Below the pieces are notes generated by a model. It saw only the letters and a program-made list of their open reading frames with translations, did not search any database and had not been told where the DNA came from. From Eutreptiella sp. 'Long Island Sound 2002' (taxonomy: Eukaryota > Protista > Euglenida): DNA of 64,000 nucleotides. The stretch covers positions 188,666,001 through 188,730,000 of the forward strand of contig OZ038378.1 of NCBI GenBank assembly GCA_964036045.1. Direction: 5' to 3'. Positions 1-12,045 of this stretch are shown piece by piece (position 1 is the first letter of the stretch; every line of letters starts with the position of its first letter). The position numbers were made by a program, and so were the translations under genes.

Positions 1-2345
1 TGGGGAGCTGGGAGCAATGGGCAGTGGAACTTGTTCTGGGAGCAGTGGGCAGTGGGACTCGTTCTGTACACTGCTGCACTGCTAGGGACCAAGTGGGCAG
101 TGGATCTCCTTCGCGACACTGATGGGGAGCAGTGGGCATTGATCTCTTTCAAGTACACCGCCACACCGGTGGGGAGCACTGGGTAGTGGATCACCTTCTG
201 CACACGGTCCCACTATTAGAGAGCAGTGGGCCGTGGATCTCCTTCAATACACCGCCACACACCTTGGGAGTAGTGGCTAGTGGATCTCGTGCTATACATT
301 GCTATATTCTTGGGGAGCAATGGGCAGTGGATCTTATTTAGTAGAGTGTCACTGCTAGGGAGCAGTGGGCAGTGGATCCTTTGCATTACACTTCCACAGT
401 GCTAGTGCTGTGGAGCAGTGGGTAGTGGGGCTCCTTCAGTACACTACCACACTGTTGGGGAGCAGTGGGCAATGGATCTCCTATTGTACACTTCCACCCT
501 GCTGCGGAGCAATGGGCAATGGGCTCCTTTAGTACACTACCACATTGCTAGTGAGCAGTGGGAAGTGTGTCTCCTTCAGAACATTGCCATACTGTTGGGG
601 AGCAGGGGGCAGTGGATCTCCTTCCGTACACCGCCACACTGTTGGACAGCAGTGGGCCGTGGATCTCCTTCAATACACTGCCACACTGCGACGGAGCAGT
701 GGGCAGTGTATCTCCTTCAGCACATTGCCATACTATTGGGGAGCAGTGGGTAGTAGGGCTCCTTTAGTACACTGCCACACTTTTGGGGAGCAGTGGGTAG
801 TGGATCTCCTGCTGTACCCCCCCCCCCCCAACTTTGGAACCCCCCCCCACACCCTCCAGCCGACCCCCCCCCCCCAACACACCCTCGAGACGCCCCCCCC
901 CCAAACACTCCAGCCACCCCCCCCCCCCAATTGCCCCCCCTCCCCCAAGTTTTGACAGATAGCTGGGGGGGGTGTCGCATCAGGACCGGTTGTAGTCGCC
1001 CCCCCCGTGGCTCTTCCACACTACTGGGGAGCAATGGGTAAGAATCTCGTGCAATACACCGACACACTATTGGGAGCAGTGGGCAGTGGATCTCCTTCCG
1101 CACACTGCCACTATGCTGGGGACCCTGTTGAGCCGGTGAGTTTTGGGCTCTGCCAACCAACCCCCCCCCTCTAAACAGGCATACAGAGGCCCTAAGGGAC
1201 AAGGGGGTGAATGAGAACAAAAAGAGAGTGTATGCATGGGATTTCGAGGGGAGGGTGGCAACATAGAGGTACGGGAAGTTGTGACATTGCGGTTAGATCT
1301 CATTTAGAAGGTGTGCCAATGCAAGAGAAAATTTTCTAGAGCCTATTAGTGTTGTTGATGTTGGGGCTGCATGTTGTAGTTGCTTGTTGATGTCTCTGCC
1401 TATTATCACCAACAACATAACTGGCAACAACGAAAGCCATTGCAACAACAACAACAACAACATCACCATAACAATAGCAGCAGTAGCAAAACGGTAGCGG
1501 ATCTCCTTGAGTGCACTGCCACATTGTTGGAGCGTAGTGGGCAGTGGATCTCCTTTAGCACACTGCCATATTGCTGGCGAGCAGTGGGCTTTGGGACTCC
1601 TTTTGTACTCCGCCACACTGCTAGGGAGCAGTCGGCAGTGGATCTCCTTCAGCACACTGCCACATTGCTGTGGAGCAATGGGCATTGGATCTCCCCCAGT
1701 TCACTGCCACACTGCTGGAGAGCAATGTGCAGTGGATCTCCTTCAATACACCGCCACACTGCTGGGGAGTAGTGGGCAGTGGTGCTGCTTCTACACCGCC
1801 ACGCTGCTAGGGAGTAGTGTGCTTTGGATCGCCTTCGGCACACTGCCACATTGCTTGGGAGCATGGGGAGCAGTGCACAGTAGATCTCCTTCAGTACATT
1901 GCCACTTTGCTCGGGAGTAGGGGGCAGCATATCTCCTTCAGCGCACTGCCACATGCCGGGAAGCAATGGGCGGTGGATCTCCTTCAACAGACAATGCCAC
2001 ACTGCCGGGGAGTAGTGGGCAGTGGATCTCCTTCAGCATGATGCCACACTGCAGGGCAACAGTGGGCGGTGGGGTGCATAGGCGAGGGATCGTGGCGCCC
2101 AAAAAGAGCGGGATCACAGGCCCGGGGTACGGAGTGTCCCGTCGTGCCGGCGGTCGTAGCGTTCGGGGTGCCCTCTGTGGGGCTCGTTCAGGTCACTGCC
2201 ACGCGGCTGGGGAGCAGTGGGCAGCGGGACTCCGACAGTGCACCGCCACACGACTGTGGAGCAGTGGGTGGTGGATCTCCTTCGATGCACTGCCACAGTG
2301 CTAGGCAACACTAGGCAGCAGTGGGAGGTGGTTCTCCTTCAGCAC
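1..2345. repeat. ~47-bp minisatellite (consensus ~TGGGGAGCAGTGGGCAGTGGATCTCCTTCAGTACACTGCCACACTGC), degenerate, interrupted at ~807-1008 and ~1130-1490
   Basis: GGATCT recurs at 235, 282, 329 (47-bp period). Each unit has an internal inverted repeat GGCAGTG...CACTGCC. The array continues to the window start. Confidence 0.9.
807..1008 (+). mobile_element. C-rich right-end fragment of the hAT/MITE family seen at 18399-23615
   Basis: GTTTTGACAGATAGC...GTCGCATCAGGACCGGTTGTAGTCGCCCCCCCCGTG at ~947-1008 is near-identical to the right terminus at ~23555-23615. No TSD found. Confidence 0.7.
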
Positions 2346-4000
2346 AGGCCAGGGCGCCCGAGGACCCCGAGGAGGTGGAGGCTACTCCTTGTCGCTAAGG
2401 TGCAAAACCACAACTTGTCTAGCCGTCACCAAAGTTTTTAGGCTTCGGCCCTCGGGCTTACCCACCCTGAGATGAAGTGGAAGTTGGGTAGTTTAAATTG
2501 TTACATTTGGGTGGCGGTTGGTTGGTGATATTACCCCACAGAGAGCCCCATCCATGGTGGCCGGACAGGGAGGGGCTCCTCCGGGGGTGTCCGGGGCAGT
2601 TACCTGGCCCAACTCCTCTTTTGTGTTGTCGAGGTTGGGGCTGATGGTTGGGGTTAATGGCCTCATACCTAACTACCTCAGATTTGTTGGTTACCTGAGG
2701 TGGGATGTCCACATGGACGGGCGCTCACCAACAGCCAGCGAAAGGAAACGGCGATAGGGAGCGGCACCCATCCACTCATTTGTGGACCGCTCCCCTGTTC
2801 ACAATTTTGGCTATTTCCGGCTAGGCTTTGTCAAATAGGGGAGCGGCACCCCTCCACTTATTCATGGACCGCTCCCCCATTCCCACATGGCACATGGTAC
2901 TTGGGGGTTTTTGGTTCATCCCCCGAGCGTCAATGAGGGCCACACTGCCCTCTGGCATGCCTACATGGGGGAAGGGGGGGGGTCCTATAGGGCCATCCTG
3001 CTATCCCAACCTGCCAGGCCCCCTTGCTCTCCCCGTGACCTGTGTACCCCAACCCCTTTGTCTTCCCACCCTCTTGGGGCCTCCACATCATCGGCGACCA
3101 CAACCTGCGTCAAGGAAGGGCGGGTGGGCATTGGAGGGGAGGCAAGGGGGGTTAGGGGGGGGGGGGGGTACCCTACGGGGGCGCGGGGGCTGTGCGTGGC
3201 GGGGGTAAGGGGAGGCTGTGGGTCAGGTTGGGAAGTTCTCAGGGTGTGCTGTGGTGTGGTGTGGTGGCCAGACATATGGGTATCAAATGAATAGCTGGAC
3301 GTGTTGATCATTTTGAAGGTACACAAGTTGGGGGTTGTTGGGCAATGGAAGTGGGAAGGGGGGGTAGGAGGTATTAAGAGAACAGGCCCCCATGTTCCCT
3401 TCCGGGCATGCAACACAAATACAGCTGCATGTGTCCCACCTTGGCCTCTTTTCGGTTCAGAGTCCGTCCAAGAAAAAATTGGGAGAGCAAGAACCACTAA
3501 TTACCGCAAGAAAATTCCTCCAATTCCGATTGATTGGTGCAAAACAAAATCCTTCTAATCGGATGGATTAGTGTACAAAAATTCCTTCGAATTGTATGGA
3601 TTGGTATAGAAAATTGCTTTCCCTCTTTCTTGGGGGTCGGTCCAGAGGAAAAGGCTACTCAGAGGAGTCTGACGAGCTATTAAGGACAAATTCTCCCTTT
3701 CCCGCCGATTCATGCAGCCCATGGCCCTCTTCTTGGGGGGGGGGGTGTTGTTATGAGGGGCCGGATGCCTTTGGGTATGGATGTTGGATTGTCCTACATC
3801 ACACAGAGCATTTGACGGAGTGTACTTGGATGCAGATGTTTTTGCTGTTGCCGCTACGGCTACGGCTACAACTATGGCGGCTGATACTGCCAAAGCTGCT
3901 GCTGCAGCAGTTACTTACTACCAAAGTTGCTGCTGCAGTAGCCGGTTGTAAACTGGTGGATAGGTGTAGCGACCGCTGTGGCGTTGTCGGTACATGGGCT

Positions 4001-4552
4001 GTGTTGCGTTGTGTGTTGTGTTGTGCAGTGTTGTGTTTTGTGTTGTGTTTTGTTGTGTTGTGTTGTGTTGTGTTGTGTTGTGTTGTGTTGTGTTGTGTTG
4101 TGTTGTGTTGTGTTGTGTTGTGTTGTGTTGTGTTGTGTTGTGTTGTGTTTTGTTGTGTTGTGTTGTGTTGTGTTGTGTTGTGTTGTTTTGTGTTTTGCTG
4201 GGGTGTGCCGTGCTGCGTTGTGTTGTGTTGTGTTGTGTTGTGTTGTGTTGTGTTGTGTTGTGTTGTGTTGTGTTGTGTTGTGTTGTGTTGTGTTGTGTTG
4301 TGTTGTGTTGTGTTGTGTTGTGTTGTGTTGTGTTGTGTTTTGTTGTGTTGTGTTGTGTTGTGTTGTGTTGTGTTGTGTTGTTTTGTGTTTTGCTGGGGTG
4401 TGCCGTGCTGCGTTGTGTTGTGTTGTGTTGTGTTGTGTTGTGTTGTGTTGTGTTGTGTTGTGTTGTGTTGTGTTGTGTTGTGTTGTGTTGTGTTGTGTTG
4501 TGTTGTGTTGTGTTGTGTTGTGTTGTGTTGTGTTGTGTTGTGTTGTGTTGTG
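4001..4552. repeat. (TGTTG)n pentanucleotide microsatellite, intronic
   Basis: Direct reading. Two copies of the interruption TTTTGCTGGGGTGTGCCGTGCTGCG (~4194 and ~4388) imply an internal ~195-bp duplication. Confidence 0.97.
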
Positions 4553-4642
4553 TACCACGCACACAGCCACGCCCTGGTTGTTGAAGTTTGCAAATGCCTC
4601 TCCTTACTCCGTAATGCTCATCTGTCCCCCTCCCTCATTCAG

Positions 4643-5017
4643 GATGAGAAGGAGTTCCGCTCCAGTGTTGTAGAGGAGAACGGGTACTGCCCGGAATGGG
4701 ACGAGGCCTTCGAATTCACGCTGGAACAGAAGGAGTTCGACCTTCTTTGCCTTAAAGTTTTTGATAAGGGGATCGTGCAGGACACCATCGTGGGCCAGGC
4801 TGCCATCCCGCTGCCGTGCCTGCGCCAAGGGTACCGCAACATCGACCTGCGTGACGAATCCGGTCGCCGCATTGCCTCCCACCCCACGCTCTTCCTGCAG
4901 ATATCGCAGGAGCCGTGCGGGAATTTCCAGGAGCTGAAGAACCAGGAGAAGGAAATGCATATGAGGAGGGCCCGAGTGCAGGAGCGATACCTGGAGCTAA
5001 TCAATGAGGTGGACACG
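4643..5017 (+). CDS. PLC: Internal exon of phosphoinositide-specific phospholipase C: C-terminal C2 domain plus start of a coiled coil
   Basis: Pyrimidine tract + CAG acceptor (AG 4641-4642) and GTATGT donor at 5018; 375 nt, phase 0/0. Translation RSSVVEENGYCPEWDEAFEF...LCLKVFD...IVGQAAIPLPCLRQGYRNIDLRDESG...TLFLQI matches the PI-PLC C2 pattern (NG.NP.W.E.F.F; GQ..IP..CL..GYR...L). Confidence 0.88.
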
Positions 5018-6556
5018 GTATGTGCAGAGCTCCCCATAATGCACACCAGCTTACTGGTGGTGGTGGTGGGGGGGTGCGTTCCGTAGAATTGCTGTTGTGC
5101 ACATTCTGACCAAAAATCTCCTAACGCAATTTTACCCTCTGGTTTTAAGGTCTGGTCCCCAGTATTTCTGGCAATCTACATGGCCAAACAAAGCAGTACA
5201 CCGACAGTTTCATTGAGTCAAGCCCCGACAGGGTGCTTGTGTTCACGTGCACCGCTGCAACAGTTTCTTCCCACTGTTCTCATGGACCACTTTCTTGTTT
5301 CACAGACATTGGAAGCTATCCAGACACAATTGAGAGCTGCAGCTGCAGCCAAACGCAAGAAATCTGCAACTGATGATGTTTGTTATTGCAAAGTTTTCTA
5401 GAGAATGCACGTAGCAGCTCCAAAATCGCAGTAATGCGCGCCATTGCAAAGTTCGCTTGCAAATGGTAGTAGCCGACAATGACATGATCGGCAAATCATC
5501 ACTGTTCAAATCCTATCGATCTGCAACACACAACGCATTCGCCTCACCCTGCGGGAACTGCACCCCTTCTACACAATGAGACCAAGACCTCAAAATCATG
5601 CCGTCCACAATGCGGTACGGTGTACAATACTGTCCTTGGACGGTGAAAAATGCTGCTTGGGGTGTGGGCCGTTCCCCCCAAAAGGCATGTTTTGACCCAG
5701 AAAACCAGCTTTGCGGCTCGGACGGATTTTACACCCCCATGATTCATACCTCAAAATGATCAGGGGATCAATTTCTGTCAGGTAAACCTCACCCCCCACA
5801 AACGGTCCATTTTGAATGGCAGGTTGGCAAGGGCCTCGGTCACAGTGAAGGGGGATGGGGTCATGAAAGTAGCCTTGAGCACCCCCAGTGAATTTTTCCC
5901 AGGCGCTGGGTAGCACAACCTGAGGCATTCTGAGACACCATTGTACAGTACTACAGACCCTAGACACAATACAACCCCAGTGGACCGCGCATTTGGTACC
6001 GTCTTGTACATGTCAATGCAACACATCATCATTCATGACCCTCTGGGAGTGTATCAGACCGTTGAATTCAATATGACATCTCAAGGAAGTGAGCTGTTTT
6101 ATGCTTGCACGCGGCGTAAATGATCCAATTGGCGTAAATGATCCAATTGGAGACGTTGGTGTGGGAAATGTCCTGCAAAGCATCCAGTTCCTTGTACGGT
6201 CTGTGGACCTCGCTATCCACTGGGGCCTTTGCCATCCTCCACAGGCGCTCCTGTTGCAACTCTGGGATCTAGTCCATAAGACAGGCCGCTTTGAGGGTCG
6301 ATACACATCCCTTGAGGGTCCCAGCCTTGAAGCCCGGCCTGTATATGACATGGAGTATTTGTTGCTTGTATTTGGGATGCAGGAATTTCACCTGAGAAGT
6401 TTGCAAGCCGACGGGGGTTCGAGGAGTATTTGTGCTTGGATCCTTTTTTTCCATGCATTGTTGCCATGCAATGATGTCCCTCATTGAGTCATGTACCCAT
6501 GCCGCCCCTGCCGCATGTATTTTACAAGACCCAAGTACTACATGATCGCTCGAGGA

Positions 6557-9060
6557 CAAGCCGGGGAATAATGGGTGCGGTGCCGGGTGCCAAATCCAAT
6601 TTACGCTGTAAATTACGTAAATTTTTGTAAATTTCTCAAAAAGTGGCGTAAATTTGTGTAAATTTCTGTAAATTCGGTGTAAATTGAGGAACCCAAGTAC
6701 TTTGCATGTTATTAGGTCGATATTTAGATATGTAGGAGGTCTACAATTGTGAGTATTGAACATGAAAATTTGTAAATTCTTCTTTGGTGTGTCAACTTTT
6801 TCAGGGATTTAGCTACCTTCATCAAACCGTCCATGCTTTGAGCGCCAGATTCCGCAAGATGAGGCGCTATACAAATGTCGTTTGTTGCGTGCTGGAGATC
6901 CCACTCTCGAGAGCTAGCCCGGCTCGAGTGTGGTGCGTGCAAGGGCGGACGCCGATGGTTACATAGTGCGTCTTACCCCCATTGAATTGGAGTACTTTGC
7001 ATATTATAACATTTACATATTTAGCAATTGCCTTGGTTGCAATGAAGGTTGTACATTGTTGTTTGTTTTGGTGCTCTTTGTCATGTGACGTGGGTGCGCA
7101 AGCAGTGCGGTCGCAAGAATTTCCATGTTAATGACCAAGTCCGAGTGCGTTGCATGTTATAAGATTTCCACTCTTAGCAATTGGCTTGCTGGTAGGGCTG
7201 CTTCCACATTGCTGTTTGTTGTGGCAGCTTTTGTCATGTGATGTGGGTTCGCAAGCAAGAAGCGGGCGCCCAGTGGCAACAATTCTCTACACCCGCCGCC
7301 ACCCTCCGCCACATCAAGGCCGAAGGTGCACCCTCGACCCTGCAGCAAGTGCAGATCGAGCGCGCCGCCAAGAACTCCAAGCCCCGCAATGGCTTTGAGT
7401 TCTCATACAACCCCCCCCCCCCCGCCGCCGCGCCACAGCAACCCCCACAGTCCCAAGCCGCCTCCCCTCCCACTGCGACGCAATCCATCGGCGGCTTTGT
7501 CGAAGTTTTGGGTGTGTCATATTGTAGTAGCTGCCGTGGCAAGCTGTCTGGGGTGACTACCTCATGCTCGCAATGCAAGAGGGGTTTCCATGAGCATTGC
7601 TTTGTCACGGTGGGGGGTGAGGGGCATCGTTGGTGTTTTGCATGTGCCTGCAGAGGTTGTGCAAAGCCTTTGGGTAACACTGATACCCAACAATGCAAGC
7701 AATGCAAATGCTACGTGCATGTTGAATGTGCACTTGATGGTTTGTGTCTCCAATGTGCTCCACCCACATGCCCGCCTTGCCCTCCCACTACCAAAATTCG
7801 TACTTTCCACACTTCATGGCAATCAGGGCGCCTCTGGTTGAAGTATGAGAATGGGGTGATGTGGTGTGCGGCATGCTGTGCACATCCCCAATTGGGAGCC
7901 CAACCTGAGTGGATTGGTGGCATCACCGGCATCAGGTGGCACAAAATTGCCAGGCACCGAAAGTGCGGGACACATGCCGTCTCGCTTGCACTTTGGAGCT
8001 CCGGCAGTAGGGTGCGGCATGTCACACACACTGTGCCCATGGAACAGCGCCACGCCCTACGGGCACATTTTCGTTTGATCTACCGCGCTGTGAAGCGTCT
8101 TGGTATGCTCCGGGATGTGGCAGGGGATGCGGAAGCCGCAACTTTGAATGGTGTGCATCTGATTGAGGCATACCGCTGCCATCGGGCTGTGGCTGAGATT
8201 TTGCAGCACATTGCCATGGATGTGCGCATTGGGGATGCCCAAACAGTCACACAGGCCCCATACTTGGCATTGACCTCCGACTGACCCGAGTCCTTGGAGT
8301 TATGGCTGCAAGGCGTCAAACAATGATGCCTCGCACCAATCAGCGGCGAGCAGTGCCGCATTCTATTTTTCTGTTGTGCAACTTGTTTTAACTTGCCTCT
8401 AACCAGCTAACCTTTTGTCCTGTTATGCCTGCTTCCCCGGCCCCCCAAAAAGAAAATTGCTAAACCAATCGTGTAACTCTTGTTTGTCACCTGTGTATGT
8501 ATCCACTCACCCTGCCACACACTGTAAACTAACAACATGCAGCGAAAGTAACGTATGCACCCCCACCCCCGCCGCAACGACCCCTCCCCCTGCTCAGAGT
8601 GCACCAAAATTTTTGCCCTTTGCTTCTGACTTTTTCACCATCTTTTTGCCCTTGTGGCAAGACAAAATTTGGACCATAGCCTGGGTCCATGGTGCATTCC
8701 CCATCCCCCGTGACCCCCTCTACCCGGCAGTGCTTGGGCAAACCCACCTAAAACAAACCCTGCCTGCCGGTATATATAAGTATGTATACACACATTTTCT
8801 AATGGAAACACCAAACCAACCATGCAAATGGTGGGAAAACGCCACTTGGGGTCACAATGCCCAAGCAACCAATCACAAAACTCTGCATTTTTTTTTTTGA
8901 GTTTTGCATATTGGTTGAGTTGTTGAGTGACACCCTCCTTTTCTTAAATTTACACTTTTTGAAGGAAATTTACGCCACTTTTGGGAAAATTTACACCAAT
9001 TTACACAAGGTGGGTGCCGGGTGCCAAAAGCACTGTAAACACCCGTAAATCCCCGGCTTG
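6557..9060 (+). mobile_element. hAT-superfamily DNA transposon, internally deleted (2504 bp)
   Basis: Exact 8-bp TSD CTCGAGGA (6549-6556, 9061-9068). TIR CAAGCCGGGGA is perfect over 11 bp and imperfect to ~21 bp. Subterminal GTAAATT motif clusters occur at both ends in inverted orientation. Confidence 0.93.
7238..8284 (+). pseudogene. Truncated hAT transposase: two PHD-like fingers, TTF/BED-type zinc finger, DUF4371-like region, cut at the first catalytic Asp
   Basis: CSSC..CSQC...HEHC...WCFAC and CRGC..CKQC...HVEC...CLQC (C4HC3). IRTFHTSWQSGRLWLKYENGVMWCAAC resembles the ZNF862-type TTF finger. NGVHLIEAY...ILQHIA...APYLALTSD* follows. True start codon uncertain. Confidence 0.8.
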
Positions 9061-10963
9061 CTCGAGGATGAAGAAGGCTGTCCCAAGAATGTTTGATGTT
9101 GTGTGCTTGAGCAGCAAGAGGGTCAATAGAATCCACTACAGGATTCCGCCACAATACATTAAAAAAATAAACAAAATGAATGCCACACGCGAAAAAATGA
9201 AATATGCCTGAGGGAAACTTTGGGGACGCTGAAAGGCAAGGGTTATGTAGCAATTTTGATTTTCGCCTTATTTTGGGTACCCTGAGCAGGCATGTATCAG
9301 GGCTGCTGTATCGCCAGGCCACGCCAGGTCAAGCGACCCAGTGGCAACACAACCTCTGCCATAAAGGGCTCCCCAACATGGAGAGGAGTGACATGACCTG
9401 GGTAACCTCAATAGCATCTGAAGGTGTGCAGGTGCACTCATTTCTTGTTTGGACTCCCCTAAGTCCCCGTTGCTCGTGGCAGGCGCGCATTGATTGTTCA
9501 TGGATATACTGCAATACAAGGTTGGATATAAGACAATATTTCAGCTATTGCTTCTGGTGCTTTGCCCCGTTGTACAGCAATTGCTTTGCCCTGTTGTACA
9601 GCAACAGTTGGAGGTTTGAGTGGGTTTCTCTCCTAGTGACATTCCTAGCATACGATAACGATGCACAAATAAGAAACCACTATATTTGCACCTTTGTTGC
9701 TCAGAATAGTTTGAGGCCAAGAAGCCCTTGGGCTAACAAACCCTGGTTTCCTAGGGTGAATGGAACACTTGTGAGGCTAAATTTAAGATGTGCCTAGATG
9801 TTCAAATCTACAAAACATGGAAGTATTTGGTTCCATTTTGTGTCACTTGTTAGCGTTCACTATTTCAAAAAATATTGTTGTGGATTGGGCCCGCAATTAC
9901 CATTGACTTACCACTTGTGAAACGGTATTTCACAGCAAACGACAACAGATTTTTATGTTCTCTCTCAAAACAATCGCTGCTTTCAATATCTAGCCACCAA
10001 AATGAGATTGCAAAAGTCCACTGCAAAGTGTGGCTCGCACGCGTGATCCATTGCCACAAGACACCATCGCTGCCGCAGAACAAGGTGTGAAAGCCTCCGG
10101 CCCCTAGCGACCATCGTCTCTACTGAAGAACTCTTTTGTTGCCATGCAAGCCAATTGTAGCCATCTCAGGTCGAATGTCACAAAGAAAAGCTACCATGGA
10201 CTTTCAAGTGCATAATTAGATGAGATGTGTTCTCCCCAAAATCCTCGACTTGGAAATTGCATATCTCAATTTTTTCAATGACTCCTTTTTTTCAAGCATG
10301 GTTTTTTACCCGGACCATCGTGGGCTCGCCAATTGTTGTAATTGATTGCGGCTATCACGTGGTGAACTTTGGTGTTTCTCTTGTTTTGGATTTGGTTGGA
10401 GAAGCAAACCAAAATCATATGGCTTAGATGCATTGTTGGTTTCTCACACAAGAAATTTGGCTAGGCTAGTTTGCCGAGGTGCACAACGAGTAGCCAATTT
10501 CACAGCCCAATCAATGTGTAATTACTCTTGGAATAAAAACAAACGCGAAAAAAAGAAACGCCGCCTACACTGAATGAAGGATGTGTGCACGGATAAAGGC
10601 CTCAGACCGGTGGGGTGAAGAGCCACTAGTTGCTCTTGGGAGGGGGGATGCATGGACCACATGAGGAGGTTTAGGGAAATATGGTGGATTTTGGGGAGTT
10701 CATGGGGTATATAACCAAAACCAGCAAAACCGAGGTGGTTCCGGAGATTTTGTATTGTGGTCTAGCAAAAGATGGAGGGGGGGTATTGTGGTGCATTTGT
10801 TGGGTGGGTGACATTTTTGGGCATAGGAAACTTGTTCCCATGAAAGTGATAATGGTACCGACTGTCTGGCTCACATGCTGGACGGTTATTTTCCTCTGGG
10901 TCCCCATGGGACGTGCCACCTTTTGTTGTGTATAGGGTCTTTTACCTTTACGAGTCCGACATA

Positions 10964-11659
10964 ATGGCTATTGTCTCAGCTGGAGCGTGGGCCGAACTAA
11001 CAGCCTAAGCTACCGCGTTGCAGCAGGAGGTTGCCACCTTGAAGACGGCGGGAAACCCTATGACCAACGCTGACTTGGACACACTTTGGTTGATGCTGTG
11101 CGCCATCGCGCTTTTCTTCATGCAGACTGGGTTCACAATGCTGGAATGTGGTTCCTGGAATGTGGTTCCTGCCGGGCGAAAATCGTTGTCAACATCGTCT
11201 TCAAGAATTCCGTGAATGCCTGCCGCGCCGCTTTGTCTTGGTGGGCTATTGGTCGGGCACTTGCCTACGGTGGCGACGCGGTCTCCTGTGGTAGGAACGT
11301 CTTTATCGGCAGCGGTGAGTTTTTCCTCGTCTCCAGCGTACACTTCCCCAACACCGCCTTTGTTGGATGCTTCTTCTAGTGGGCTTTTGCAGCAACCACC
11401 GCAACCATAATCTCTGGAGCTGTTGCGGAGCGCTGTGCTGTTGGGGGATACATTATTGTCTCCATTTGTATGATTGCTGTCATTTGTCCTGTGGTGGTGC
11501 ACTGGATCTGGAGTGGCGCTGGCTGGCTTAGTGCCTTCTGTGACACCTCAGCATTTGGTCGTGTTGGAACCAATGGAATGATCGCTTTTGCTGGAAGTGG
11601 AGTTGTGCACTTGACTGGAGGGGTTGGTGCCTTCGTTGGTGCTCTGATCATTGGACCCG
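10964..11659 (+). pseudogene. AMT: Ammonium transporter (Amt/MEP/Rh family) N-terminal half, intronless and disabled
   Basis: [70 protein letters not shown] and [24 protein letters not shown] are Amt motifs. Stops TAA 11006 and TAG 11377; a 14-bp tandem duplication at 11141-11168 causes a frameshift. Confidence 0.92.
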
Positions 11660-12045
11660 ACTGTCTGGCTCACATGCTGGACAGTTGTTCATCAAGGCCT
11701 TTGTGCCCAGGCGGAGGCAGACCGCCTGTCCCAAGGACCTGCCAGTAAGGGGGTGAGTGTTGTGCGTTTTTTTTTGGCCCCAGGCTCAGTCATGTCAGGC
11801 TTGGGGTCTGGTTTTGGCGCTTTGCGAGGGGGTGGGCATCGGTGACAGGGCGCACCCTGCAGCACCTCGAAGAATCACAACGGTGGGCATTCCGCCGGCT
11901 GTGGGGTTGCGCCTGGTGCTAATACCTGTCTCCCTGAAGTGCTGCAGTGCAGCGAATTTCTCTGGGCGGTGGCCCCCTGCCTCTTTGGTTAGCTGTCGGT
12001 ATTTGGGCGTTTTCAGCAGTTGTTTATGCCTCTGCGGCTAGGCCA

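Noticed and set aside
1-2345. CRISPR-like appearance of the regular, partly palindromic 47-bp array (and of the 104-bp array)
   Set aside because: There are no unique spacers (whole units repeat and decay), no cas genes, and the context is eukaryotic.
3596-4673. Long Cys/Val-rich and HNTTQ-repeat ORFs (up to 496 aa)
   Set aside because: These are stop-free translations of the (TGTTG)n microsatellite. Only 4643-5017 has splice signals and protein-like content.
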